36,541 nt of DNA from Nemertoderma westbladi. Its lineage: Eukaryota > Animalia > Xenacoelomorpha. Location: positions 1-36,541 of the forward strand of contig JAUCBJ010007467.1 in the NCBI GenBank assembly GCA_032718475.1, written 5' to 3'. Each line of letters opens with the position of its first letter. The first letter of the stretch is position 1. The notes under the pieces are model-generated. The model did no database searches and was not told where the DNA came from. It was given only the letters and a program-made list of their open reading frames with translations. Below are positions 11,601 to 22,125 of the stretch, piece by piece. The translations under genes were made by a program, and so were the position numbers.

Positions 11601-14600
11601 TTGTTTGTAGCCTCTACTGCCGCATTTAACGCGGCATTATCGGGAAACTGGTCGTTTTCATTATCAGTTCGATTATCGTTACCGGGTCTCTGATCGTGAT
11701 AAGTTACATTTTTGTTACCGGGTCTCTGATCAGTTACAGTATCATTACAGATTCTGCCAGGTTGGACATTATCATTATCAGGTCTCTGATCAGTTACATT
11801 ATCAATACCCCTTCTCTGATCAGTTACATTATAATTACCGGGTCTATGATCAGTTACATTATCATTACCGGGTCTCTGATCAGTTACATTATCATTACCG
11901 GGTCTATTAACAATTACATTTTCATTACAGAGTCTGTGAGGTTGGACAATATCATTACCGGGTCTTTGATCAGTTGCAATACCATTACCAGGTCTCTGAC
12001 CAGTTACATTATCATTACAAAGTATATGAGGTTCGACATTATCATTACCGGGTCTTTGATTAGTTACAATATCATTACCGGGTCTCTGACCGGTTACATT
12101 ATCATTACAGAGTCTGTGTGGTTGGACATTATCATTACCGGGTCTTTGATCCGTTACAATATCATTACCTGGTCTCTGATCAGTTACATTATCATTACAG
12201 AGTCGGTGTGGTTGGACAACATCATTACCGTTTCTATGACCAGTTACATTATCATTACCTGGTCTCTGATCAGTTACATTTTCTTTACACAGTATGCGAG
12301 GTTGGACATTATCATTACCGGGTCTTTGATCAGTTACAATATCATTACCTGGTCTCTGATCAGCTACATTATCATTACAGAGTCTGTGTGGTTGGACAAT
12401 ATCATTACCGTTTCGTTGACCAGTTACATTATCATTACCGGGTCTCTGATCAGTTACATTATCAATACAGTGACTATGATCATAATGTTGTACATTATCA
12501 TTACCGGGTCTATGATCGTGATCAGTTACATTATCTTTACCGGATCTCTGAGTAGTTGCATTACTATTGCATAGTCTGCCAGGTTCGACATTATCATTAC
12601 CGGGTCTCTGATCAGTTACATTATCATTTCCGGGTCTCTGATCAGTTACATTATCATTACCACCGGGTCTTTGATCAGTTACATTTTCATTACCGGCAGG
12701 TCTCCGATCGGTTACATTATCATTACCGGGTCTCTGATCAGTTACATTTCCATTACTGGCAGGTCTCTGATCAGTTACCTTATCATTACCGGGTCTCTGA
12801 TCAGTTACATTATCTTTACCGGGTCTATTAACAATTACATTTTCATTACAGAGTCTGTGACGTTGGACAATATCATTACCGGGTCTTTGATCAGTTGCAA
12901 TACCATTACCGGGTCTCTGACCAGTTACATTATCATTACAAAGTATATGAGGTTCGACATTATCATTACCGGGTCTTTGATTAGTTATAATATCATTACC
13001 GGGTCTCTGACCAGTTACATTATCATTACAGAGTCTGTGTGGTTGGACAATATCATTACCGTTTCGCTGATCAGTTACATTATCATTACCACCGGGTCTT
13101 TGATCAGTTACATTTTCATTACCGGCAGGTCTCCGATCGGTTACATTATCATTACCGGGTCTCTGATCAGTTACATTTCCATTACTGGCAGGTCTCTGAT
13201 CAGTTACCTTATCATTACCGGGTCTCTGATCAGTTACATTATCATTACCGGGTCTATTAACAATTACATTTTCATTACAGAGTCTGTGAGGTTGGACAAT
13301 ATCATTACCGGGTCTTTGATCAGTTACAATATCATTACCTGGTCTCTGATCAGCTACATTATCATTACAGAGTCGGTGTGGTTGGACAACATCATTACCG
13401 TTTCTATGACCAGTTATAGGGATGTCCCGGAATTCCGTTCCGGCCGGAATTCCGGCGGTTTTTGCCCGATTCCCGTTCCGGCCGGAATGGGGTCAATTCC
13501 GGCCGGAATTTTACCGGAATTGCCAGGTTCCTAACTAGTTTGATAGTTGCACATTTTGCACGTTGACACGCAGTGCTTTGCAGTTGCACGTTTGATATGT
13601 AACACATTTCCAAAAACATTTCACCTGGTAATCAAACTAAAATGGTCCCACCATATGTTACACCACCTACTGTAGTATTCATATACAATTCACAATAACC
13701 ATCGTAATTTACATTAACTAATGAAATGCATCAATAGGCCCGTGTCCCACTGGTCAGAATGTCAAAATGAATGCCTCCTTGCTCCATTGGTAACACAAGT
13801 CATAAGTCATTTGATAAAAAATATAAGATGTCTCTCACATTTACTGCATAGGCTATTTATACGCAAAGTAACCAATCACAGGCATCTTGCCGGATATAAC
13901 ACATGAGTCATTGTCAAAAGATGGAACATGGGACATAATCACATTCGACTCATCGGTCGTAACTTACGATTTACCAGTGGAGACGCCCCCATTGAAACCA
14001 ACGTGTTCCATAATTTATTCTGATTAAGACTTTATAAGACTTACCAGTGGAGCACGGGCCTTAAACGAGTGGTTTTTCCAATTTGCTGTTTACAATTTGC
14101 TTATAAAATGAGTTTTTTAGATTGATCTTACAATATTTTACATTGATTTTATATTATTTTACTTTGAATTAATTATTAAATAATATGATAATAATATGAT
14201 TGGTATTGTCCAACGTAACATATAGGATGATCCCTAAAGATTTGCAGCTTATTTCCATGGGGGTCCTTTATGTTACTTGGTTACAAATACAATATTACTC
14301 AATTACAATTACTACTCTAACTTAAAACTAATATAAACGTTATTACAACACGTACAGGTCCTGCGAGTGGTCTTTAGTTCAGTTCTGCGTCGAAGGTGCT
14401 GCATAATATAGTAGTTTGATTTTTATTTACAGCAAAGCTATTTCTTACCATAAATCTATTTATTCCCAGCAATAATTACACTGTAACATGTACTATTGCC
14501 CTCGTTTATTGTTTTGGCTCGAATAACATGTCACGGTAACATGCTCCTTTCCCGTAAAGATACCAGGATATTGCACCAAAGGACCTAATGACGCGAAACC

Positions 14601-15637
14601 ATAGGTTTTTGTTTAACGTAGGTTTTTAGGTATGAGTCTAAATGCTAATAACCTAACTTTTGGCCAAAGTTATAGATTTTAGAAAAAAATTTTATTGAAT
14701 TCCCTGTCGTTCAATGCCGAAGTACCATCCCGTCCCCATAATAGGCCATAACGTCCCAGGCCATTCTCCACTCCACCCACCTTAATTCCCCCCAAGGTTC
14801 TGATTCCATTCATCTCATTATCAAATTTAGCTTTAGAAATTAAAAAAAAAACATTTGTTTCACAAAAAATTGTAAAGTTTCTTGGGTCATTTAGTGTATT
14901 TCATTAATTATAGAAAATTCCGGTTCCGGCCGGAATTCCGGCCGGAATATTCCGGCATGTTGAATTCCGGTTCCGGTTCCGGTTCCGGCCGGAATCAAAA
15001 TATCGATTCCGGGACATCCCTAACCAGTTACATTATCATTACCTGGTCTCTGATCAGTTACATTTTCTTTGCACAGTATGCGAGGTTGGACATTATCATT
15101 ACCGTGTCTTTGATCAGTTACAATATCATTACCTGGTCTCTGATCAGCTACATTATCATTACAGAGTCTGTGTGGTTGGACAGTATCATTACCGTTTCGC
15201 TGACCAGTTACATTATCATTACCGGGTCTCTGATCAGTTACATTATCATTACAGAGTCTGTGTGGTTGGACAATATCGTTACCTGGTCTCTGATCAGTTA
15301 CAATTTCATTACAGAGTCTGTGTGGTTGGACATTATCATTACCGGGTCTTTGACCAGCTACATTATCATTACCGGGTCTCTGATCAGTTACTTTATCAAT
15401 ATCGGGTCTTTGATCAGTTACATTATCATTACTACAGAGTCTGCCAGGTTGGGCGACATCATTACCAGGTCTCTGGTAGGTTACATTATCATTTCCGGGT
15501 CTCGTTACCTTATTATCATTACTGAGTAATTGATCAGTTACAATATCATTACCTGGTCTTTGACCAGTTACATTATCATTACAGGATTTGTGAGATTCGG
15601 CATTAACATTACAGAGTCTAATCCCGACCGTAATTAG
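8636..15637 (-). CDS. LINE B ORF2: repeat linker + APE endonuclease + reverse transcriptase (interrupted by hAT element 13417-15022)
   Basis: The 8636..11368 frame has no stop upstream: HFAHININSL, ISETK, RRDRSRHGGGVA, VYRP, GDTN, IDHIF, SDH; RT motifs NYRAIAL, QSGFR, DLRKAF, FADD, YLG; frame read by eye through the whole array to 15637. Confidence 0.85.
13737..14060. mobile_element. PIF/Harbinger-like MITE nested in the hAT element
   Basis: TIRs ggcccgtgtcccactggt / accagtggagcacgggcc (16/18); flanks ata/tta resemble a TWA target. Confidence 0.55.
14202..14358 (-). mobile_element. 3' UTR fragment of the LINE A family inside the hAT element
   Basis: Clearly homologous to 7758-7900 (ggtattgtccaac.taacatatagga...cagcttatttcca.gggggtcctttatgttacttggttacaaatacaatattac). 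Confidence 0.85.
14574..14896. mobile_element. Possible degenerate Transib-like MITE
   Basis: CAC...GTG ends with imperfect TIRs (caccaaaggacctaa / ttgggtcatttagtg); flanks tattg / tattt. Confidence 0.3.
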
Positions 15638-16678
15638 TCATTCCGTTTGCGTAGACATCTCACCTGAACTACGACGAATACGTGTTAGCCGTTCAGGGGA
15701 TAGGGAGGGTATTGAAGCTGTTGGTAGAGTTGATCCACGACGGTTAACTCCGGTATCGGTTTGGTCTCCTTGGGTTTGGGAATTATCCCCGCGAACTATG
15801 TCGGCTTGACGCCGATCAGATTTTGATCGAGAAGATTCCACTACTGAGCCATTGATGATAACCCAGTGTTTGGCCGGGTAAGCGGCCTGGAGACGGCGCC
15901 GCTCCACACGTAGCTCGTATTGAAGACGGTTTTCTTCAGGAGTGTAGTCAGGAGAGATATACACTCCGATATACCTTTCAGACTGACGTAGTTCACGAGC
16001 TTTTCGTAGCAAAGCCGCCCGTTTCTCTAGAGTTAGTGTAGCTATTAGTGGTTTGTTCTGAGTGTTCTGACCCCCAATTAAGCGCTTTGTGGATATCTCC
16101 CCCTCCGTTATATTAATGCCGAGTGATGCAGCAATGTCAATTACAATTTGTTTGTCATCTTGATCCTGTAACAAGCTCGTACCCTTTATTACGATATTAT
16201 ACTTTCGCTTATTTTGTTCTGCCTCTTCTTCCTTTATCCGTTTCGATAGCACTGCGAGATTGGAGGTGTTTGTCGAAGTTTTAACTTTGGAAGAGTACGA
16301 AACGTGTGACCATGTGCCACCGTTATCAACTTCTGGATTCGGTGCTCCCTTCTGTGCACAATCCTTGGCATTTGTTATATCCATTCCAAGGTCATCAATT
16401 TTCTTTTGAGTTTCATCAACGTTGTTTTCAATATCCACACGTAATTCCTTTAGTCTGGAATAAGTCATTTCTTTATTGTCTCTAATCCTTTGCTCGAGTT
16501 TGGTTGATGCGCTGGCCATAAAGTCCAGTTGTTGCTGGAAGTCGAGAAGTTTGTCGTTAAGTCGCGTTTCAACCGAATCGAGGTCCTTTGTGAACCTAGT
16601 TATCCGTTGCCCAATACACCGACCACAATAGAAATCGACGCGACCGAAATCCGTCCCTCTTTCTGCGATACAGATCAT
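15638..16678 (-). CDS. LINE B ORF1 (Cys motif, coiled coil, RRM/CTD-type region)
   Basis: FYCGRC, heptad-rich segment, then NIVIKG...KRL...KPLI...VYISPDYT...WVIING, typical of CR1/L2-group ORF1p. Confidence 0.85.
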   Translation of the reverse strand: MICIAERGTDFGRVDFYCGRCIGQRITRFTKDLDSVETRLNDKLLDFQQQLDFMASASTKLEQRIRDNKEMTYSRLKELRVDIENNVDETQKKIDDLGMDITNAKDCAQKGAPNPEVDNGGTWSHVSYSSKVKTSTNTSNLAVLSKRIKEEEAEQNKRKYNIVIKGTSLLQDQDDKQIVIDIAASLGINITEGEISTKRLIGGQNTQNKPLIATLTLEKRAALLRKARELRQSERYIGVYISPDYTPEENRLQYELRVERRRLQAAYPAKHWVIINGSVVESSRSKSDRRQADIVRGDNSQTQGDQTDTGVNRRGSTLPTASIPSLSPERLTRIRRSSGEMSTQTE

Positions 16679-17062
16679 TGCAATCTTACAACTTGCGCCG
16701 GAACAGCCAACCTCGATCTCCGTACTGCCGTAAGACCGTCGTCCCGCGTCAACGGTTTGTTCGGAGTCACGGTCGATGCTGGTGCCGGTTTATCGATGTT
16801 GACGCACTTTGCCGCATTGTTTGAGTAGCTTTTTCGACGAGTTGTATTCGTATTCCTTGCTGGCTCGGCGTCGTAGCCGGTCCGGTCGTTACCGGTATCT
16901 GTCAGACCCGCGCGCTTTCCGCCATGGCTCACTCGAGACATAGCCCAATCGGATTCGCGAGTGAGTATGGGTGAGTATGGGTAATTACGGTATACGTAGT
17001 TAGACTTACTACAATGATTTAACTCAGTATTTAAGCCTAGCCTGTGCCTGTATTGCTCAAAT

Positions 17063-18970
17063 CTATCTAAGTTAAGTAGTCCAGATTCAGAAAAGTCATC
17101 TGGAGTTAGGTGGTGCCTAGGTTTGTAGTCTTTAATAAATCGTACTACTTTATTCTGCGCTACTTGTAATTTACATTTAAGCTTTTTGGTTAAGCCTTCA
17201 TACCAAGAAGAGCACGCATGCCGCATAGTCCATGTGACACTGTATTAAAGAAGAGCAAAGTAACTTGCGGGAGTCGGTGTTCAAACTATTTTGGTTTCTG
17301 TATAGAAACCGAAGCCTACTGTTAACTTTCGAGAAAATATTTTCACTGTACTTTCTCCTGATAAGCAGTTATCCAATGTGGCGCCTAAATATTTGACTTC
17401 CTTTTTATTTTCAATCTTATGTCCATTACTAGTGACTTCAAACTTAGTTACCTTCTTTAACTTTCTTTTAGAACCAAATAAAATACTTTCAGTCTTACCG
17501 TAGTGAATGGATAGCTTATTGTCAACCAACCACTCATTACAGGATTCTAGAACTGCACTTAACTTTTGGGAAATATGGATAGGATCTTTATGAGAGAAAA
17601 TAAGAGCACTGTCGTCGGCATATAAAATGAGTTTAAAATCGGGATCTATACTACTTATCATATCATTTACATAGCATACAAAAAGCAGAGGACCTAATAC
17701 TACCTTGCGGTACACCACAGGTAATCTCTTGTACAGTAGACGGCGATTTGCTAATGACTACAGTTTGACCTCTGTCTGACAGGTAGGACTTGAACCAGTC
17801 TATAGAACCTACACCCTGACACCCATCAGGCCTAACTTACCAAGCAGAATTTCGTGATCTACAGTCCCCACAGTCAGACAGTATCGAAAGCCTTTTGTAG
17901 GTCCAACATTACCATACCAGTATATAAACCCTTTGCGTTATTACATATAATTGTATCAGTTAAGTTAATAAGGCAGGTGTCTGTAGAATATGATTTACGA
18001 AAACCGGACTGAAGTTCATAGATCAGATTTAGCCTACTAAGATGTGCTTCCAGCTGTAGAAAAACAGAACGTTCTAGAATTTTAGATACAATACTTACAG
18101 ACTTAAGATACTAACAGGTCTGTAATTACAGGGTTCTACTTTACTATTCTTTTTATACAGAGGAACAACTAACAATAGCTAATTTCAGTTCGTCTGGTTC
18201 TACATTATCTACGATAGAGTAATTAATAATAAAAGTAATAGGCACTTTAAGTACTTCAGCACCATCCTTAAGAAAACGGGCAGGTATTAGGTCTAGACCG
18301 GTACTTTTTGAGGCTGATAGGCTAAGTAGATTTTGAAAAACGAAATCCTCAGAAACGGGTTTTAATAATAACTTTTCTAAATTTTGTAACTTTTCTAAAT
18401 AAAAATTATTTAGAGTTTCGGACCCTATACTATATTTATTACTTGATAACGGTAACTTCTTAATTAAATTAGAGGCAACATTAGTAAAATAATTATTAAA
18501 TAAATTACTAACTAGAGTATGATCATGAATCAGCTCACCGTTATCTTGCAGAACAATATTCGATTTAGATTTAAGGTTTTTATAACCTAAAGATTTTAGG
18601 GTAGACCATAGACTTTTAGGATTATCTTTATTCTCACTTATTTTGTTGTACAAATTTTCAGATTTAGCTTTTTTTATTTCCCGTTGGACAAGGTTTCTAT
18701 ATTTGCAGTAATTATTATAATCAGCTAAAACACGGTATTTCCTAAATGTATAGAAATAGTTATCTCTTTCTCTGATATTACTAAGAATACCCGTGGTCAT
18801 CCAGGGCTCAGTGCGTTGTTTAAGACTAATTTCTTTAATTGGTGCTACAGTATTAAGTGCCTTTAGAAATATATCTTTAAAAACAGTGTACGCAAGGTTA
18901 ATGTCAGCGGCCTTAAAACAGGGTTCCCAGTCAGAATTAACTAACAAACCTAAAAAGAGAGATCACAGAT
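17063..18970 (-). pseudogene. LINE A, upstream part: frameshifted ORF2, 5'-truncated
   Basis: Fragments EPWMT, KSTGLDLIP, LGPLLF, YADD, KTESILFG, VKYLG, KLQVAQNK in several frames. Confidence 0.9.
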
Positions 18971-20008
18971 ATGCCTAGTTAAAAGGTAAATATAATTAAT
19001 TAATATCATCGTCAGATCGTTGGTGTGTGGTTTAATGATGATTGTAGTTACTGTAGTGAAAAACATAAAATTATTAAAAGCATTTGTGTATTTGTTTACG
19101 TGATGAAATCTTAAATGACAAGTAAATAAACGACATACTGTACAACATATTAAGTAAGACAATAAATAACATTTAGTTTTGTAAGTTAAATTTCATTAGG
19201 AATATTTTTTAATACTCATTACAGTCATCAGTAGCGAATCCACGAATAATCAGCTCCGTTATCAAGCCCATTTGCCACAAAGGTACAAATAATCGAGACA
19301 CATCAATGAATTCGTACTTCGGTTGAGCGTTTACATTTGTCATTCAAATATATTTGTCAAACCTAAAAAATAATAATGTTGTGATTAGACACTTGAGTTC
19401 TGTATATTGTGGTAATTAGATGCCATTGTAAAATACTAAATATTGTGGTAATTAGATGCCTGTATCGAATTGTTGGGGTAGATTGCGGTAGATTGTAGTA
19501 GTTTGTGGTAGGTTGGGGTAATTAGTAGGACCCAAAGCGAACGCACAGATAGTTTTTTTACTAGTTTTCACAACAAAAATGTAGTATAGATTAACCTCCA
19601 ATAACCAGGAATTCAAATATGCAGCTAAAATTTATTTCAAAAGATAACGAAGAAAATTGTAAGAAAAATGGCAAAAATGTCCTATATAGGAAGCACTTTT
19701 TCCTATAGGAAGAAAAAAAAACTTCCTATTTAAGAAACCTACCCTAACTGGCTATGTATGAAAAGACAGAGATATTTTTCACAAATTTCCTCGGGGAAAT
19801 ATCTGGAAAAAAGACGGGAAAAATTTTCCAAAAAATTGTAAAGATTTTAGATAAACATGGTTTTCTCAATCAATTTTTTTTTATTAGGACTATACCAGTC
19901 AGCCAGTATACATAACAGCATAATCTGAGTATACAGTAATAAAATATAAATACCGGTACGAGTATTAAACAATACAAAGCATTCAAACTAATTTCACCAT
20001 TTTTTTTC

Positions 20009-20144
20009 AGGGAAAGGAGCAGGTTACATAGGCAGGCTTTTCTAACCGAAACAACAAACGGCCACTTTACCAATTGAGGGAAAGGATCAGGTTACAGATG
20101 CGGGCTTTTCTAACCAAAACAATAAACGATCACTTTACTAATTG
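20009..20144. repeat. Diverged 68-bp tandem duplication
   Basis: agggaaagga.caggttaca...ggcttttctaacc.aaacaa.aaacg..cactttac.aattg twice. Confidence 0.8.
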
Positions 20145-20793
20145 AGGCTGAGGGAAACCATATGGCTGTATGGTCAGACAGTAGGTAGAAAAATGGTTAA
20201 TGAAAAAATTGTAAAAAGCGTTTCATAAAATACAAGTGGTACCGTATATATATAAATATATATATAAGCAGATAAGTTAAGTGTTTTAAGGGACGGTCAG
20301 ACGGTCCCCAAAGTAACAATACCCGCAGTAATTATTACAATACTGCAGCCAACATGCTGACATGAGTCTGTCAGTGTGGGGTCTGATACTACATCCTAAT
20401 GGAGTGATGGAAGCTGTTGCCAAGTGCCAGCGCCAGGCTGTGTTTATACACCTGTGGTGCCTGTACACCACACACCAATACTGGTGAACCGGTACAATAG
20501 GCCTAAACCTGCTAAATAACATCTGTCAGTACAGCAGTAATACATGTCAGCATGTAACAGTGTAATACTGCAGTCTGGCAGTTGTTAAAAATTCAGTGCC
20601 CCTGAAACAGGAAAGAGCCAAAATTTCAGGAAATCGATCGAAATATTTAGTAAATTTCGATACTAGGACTACCAGACTACTAGCTGACTAGCTACTAGCA
20701 GACTAGGTATCTCAAAATTTCATCGCTTTATTTAATAATTGTTTATTATAATACTGTAATAATCAAATAATTTCTTGTGGAAATAAAACAGCA

Positions 20794-21807
20794 ATGGCCG
20801 GAACTATGATTTATCATTATTACCAAGTGCCTGGTCTGCCGCCAGGTAAGATCAATTCACTGGAATCAAAAATTATTGCAGCCACCGGCATCGAGGTATC
20901 TATAGAAACTGAGGTGTGTTTCAATGTAGAGGCGACAATTCCATTTCCTAAAGCCAATGAATTGATGTTGAAAAAACTTTTAGACAGCGAGGAATGTATA
21001 GAACGATTGGGAGTTGAGTCGAAACTTCTCGTCGGTCAATCGTCAGATATTCTTATCGAAATCGGCCCGCGACTAAACTTCGAGACGGCGTTCTCCACCA
21101 ACGCGGTCTCCATGTGCCGCGCCATAAACTGCTCGGAGGTGAACCGCATCGAGAAATCCTTGGTGTACCGGATCTCGGCGCGTCGACCGGGTGCGAGTTT
21201 AACGGCGGTGACGGACGCGATCCTCGGCTGTCTCCACGACCGGATGACCGAGATGCGCTACCCCGAACCGACGACTAGCTTCCGACTCCAACTCGACTCG
21301 AAACAATCCTGGTTCGAGGTCGACGTTTTGGGTCGTGGTCGCGCCGCGCTAATTGACGTAAACGACCAGTTGGGATTGGCGTTCGACGAATGGGATCTCG
21401 AGTTCTACACGACGTTGTTTCGGGAGAAGTTGCGCCGGAATCCAACCTCGGTGGAATGCTTCGATTTGGCGCAGTCGAACAGCGAACACTCGCGGCACTG
21501 GTTCTTCCGCGCGAAACTCCACATCGACGGGGAAACTATTCCCGACTCACTGTTCGATATGGTCGTTGCTACGCAACGCTTCTCCAATCAGAACAACGTT
21601 ATTAAGTTCTCGGATAACAGCAGTGCCATCCGGGGGTTCTCAGGTGTGTTTATAACTCCGGAATGTCCCGGGACGCCGAGCCCATTCCGGGAGCTGCGCG
21701 CCACCCGACACATCACCTTCACAGCGGAGACACACAACTTCCCCACCGGTGTGGCTCCGTTCCAAGGCGCTACTACTGGGACAGGAGGCCGCATACGGGA
21801 TGTACAG
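20794..21807 (+). CDS. PFAS: Phosphoribosylformylglycinamidine synthase (FGAM synthetase), first coding exon, 338 codons
   Basis: EIGPRLNF.TAFSTNAVS, HDRMTE, LGLAFDEWD, RNPTSVECFDLAQSNSEHSRHWFF, DNSSAI, TAETHNFPTGVAPF.GATTGTGGRIRDVQ; ends at phase-0 donor CAG|GTAACT. Confidence 0.95.
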
Positions 21808-22090
21808 GTAACTAACTAAGTGTAGGTGCTAATATAATTTATAGCCTAGAGGACATCGTCATATAGTTAATTTAGTACCCACTGCTGTACTGGTAGTAAC
21901 TTCAGAACTTAAACTAATGTATTTTCTCCTAACATTTCAGCATTTTTAAAAACTTAAGTTAAAACTAACAAATAATTTGATTTGGCCTATTCTGTAATGG
22001 ATCGGATCCTGGTTGTCAATTTGCTGATTTGAAAAATGGTTATAGATTTTAATCCGACTTTTAAGCCAATCAGTAGTTTACCGGTAGGTA

Positions 22091-22125
<35 letters not shown>

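Larger units (their letters stand above)
13417..15022. mobile_element. Non-autonomous hAT-superfamily DNA transposon (1606 bp)
   Basis: Perfect 17-bp TIRs tagggatgtcccggaat/attccgggacatcccta; perfect 8-bp TSD accagtta (13409-13416, 15023-15030); subterminal ccggaattccgg motifs; no transposase. Confidence 0.93.
11660..15620 (-). repeat. ~30-bp tandem array encoding NDNVTDQRPG / NDIVQPHRLC decapeptides
   Basis: Unit gatcagttacattatcattaccgggtctct and variants on +; ~2.3 kb excluding the hAT; higher-order duplication (e.g. 12661 vs 13090). Confidence 0.95.
8333..17062 (-). mobile_element. LINE B (CR1/L2 group), apparently full-length, inserted into LINE A
   Basis: (CAAT)n tail at ~8333-8352, 3' stem-loop at 8523-8565, EN-RT ORF2, ORF1, 5' UTR; removing it rejoins LINE A as GLLNLD-SRVKQL with ctat at both junctions (8329-8332, 17063-17066). 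Confidence 0.92.

Noticed and set aside
11696-15529. Plus-strand Ile-rich and His/Tyr-rich ORFs (292, 145, 287, 215 aa)
   Set aside because: Antisense shadows of the 30-bp array; only the minus frame connects to real domains
15638-15640. TGA as selenocysteine
   Set aside because: No SECIS recognised by eye in the 3' UTR and the position is a domain boundary, not a catalytic site; a SECIS search would settle it
16675-17226. 183-aa ORF as a single gene
   Set aside because: Chimera across the LINE A / LINE B junction at 17062; likewise the start of 8013..8396 and the ends of the LINE C ORFs read into insertions
19200-19535. Possible decayed exon and TIR-like end (gggtcctactaattacccc on -)
   Set aside because: No recognisable protein motif and no partner end found
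20794-21807. Bacterial purL from horizontal transfer or contamination
   Set aside because: Has the eukaryotic-type QSNSEHSRHWFF motif, a GT donor exactly where homology stops, and metazoan TE surroundings
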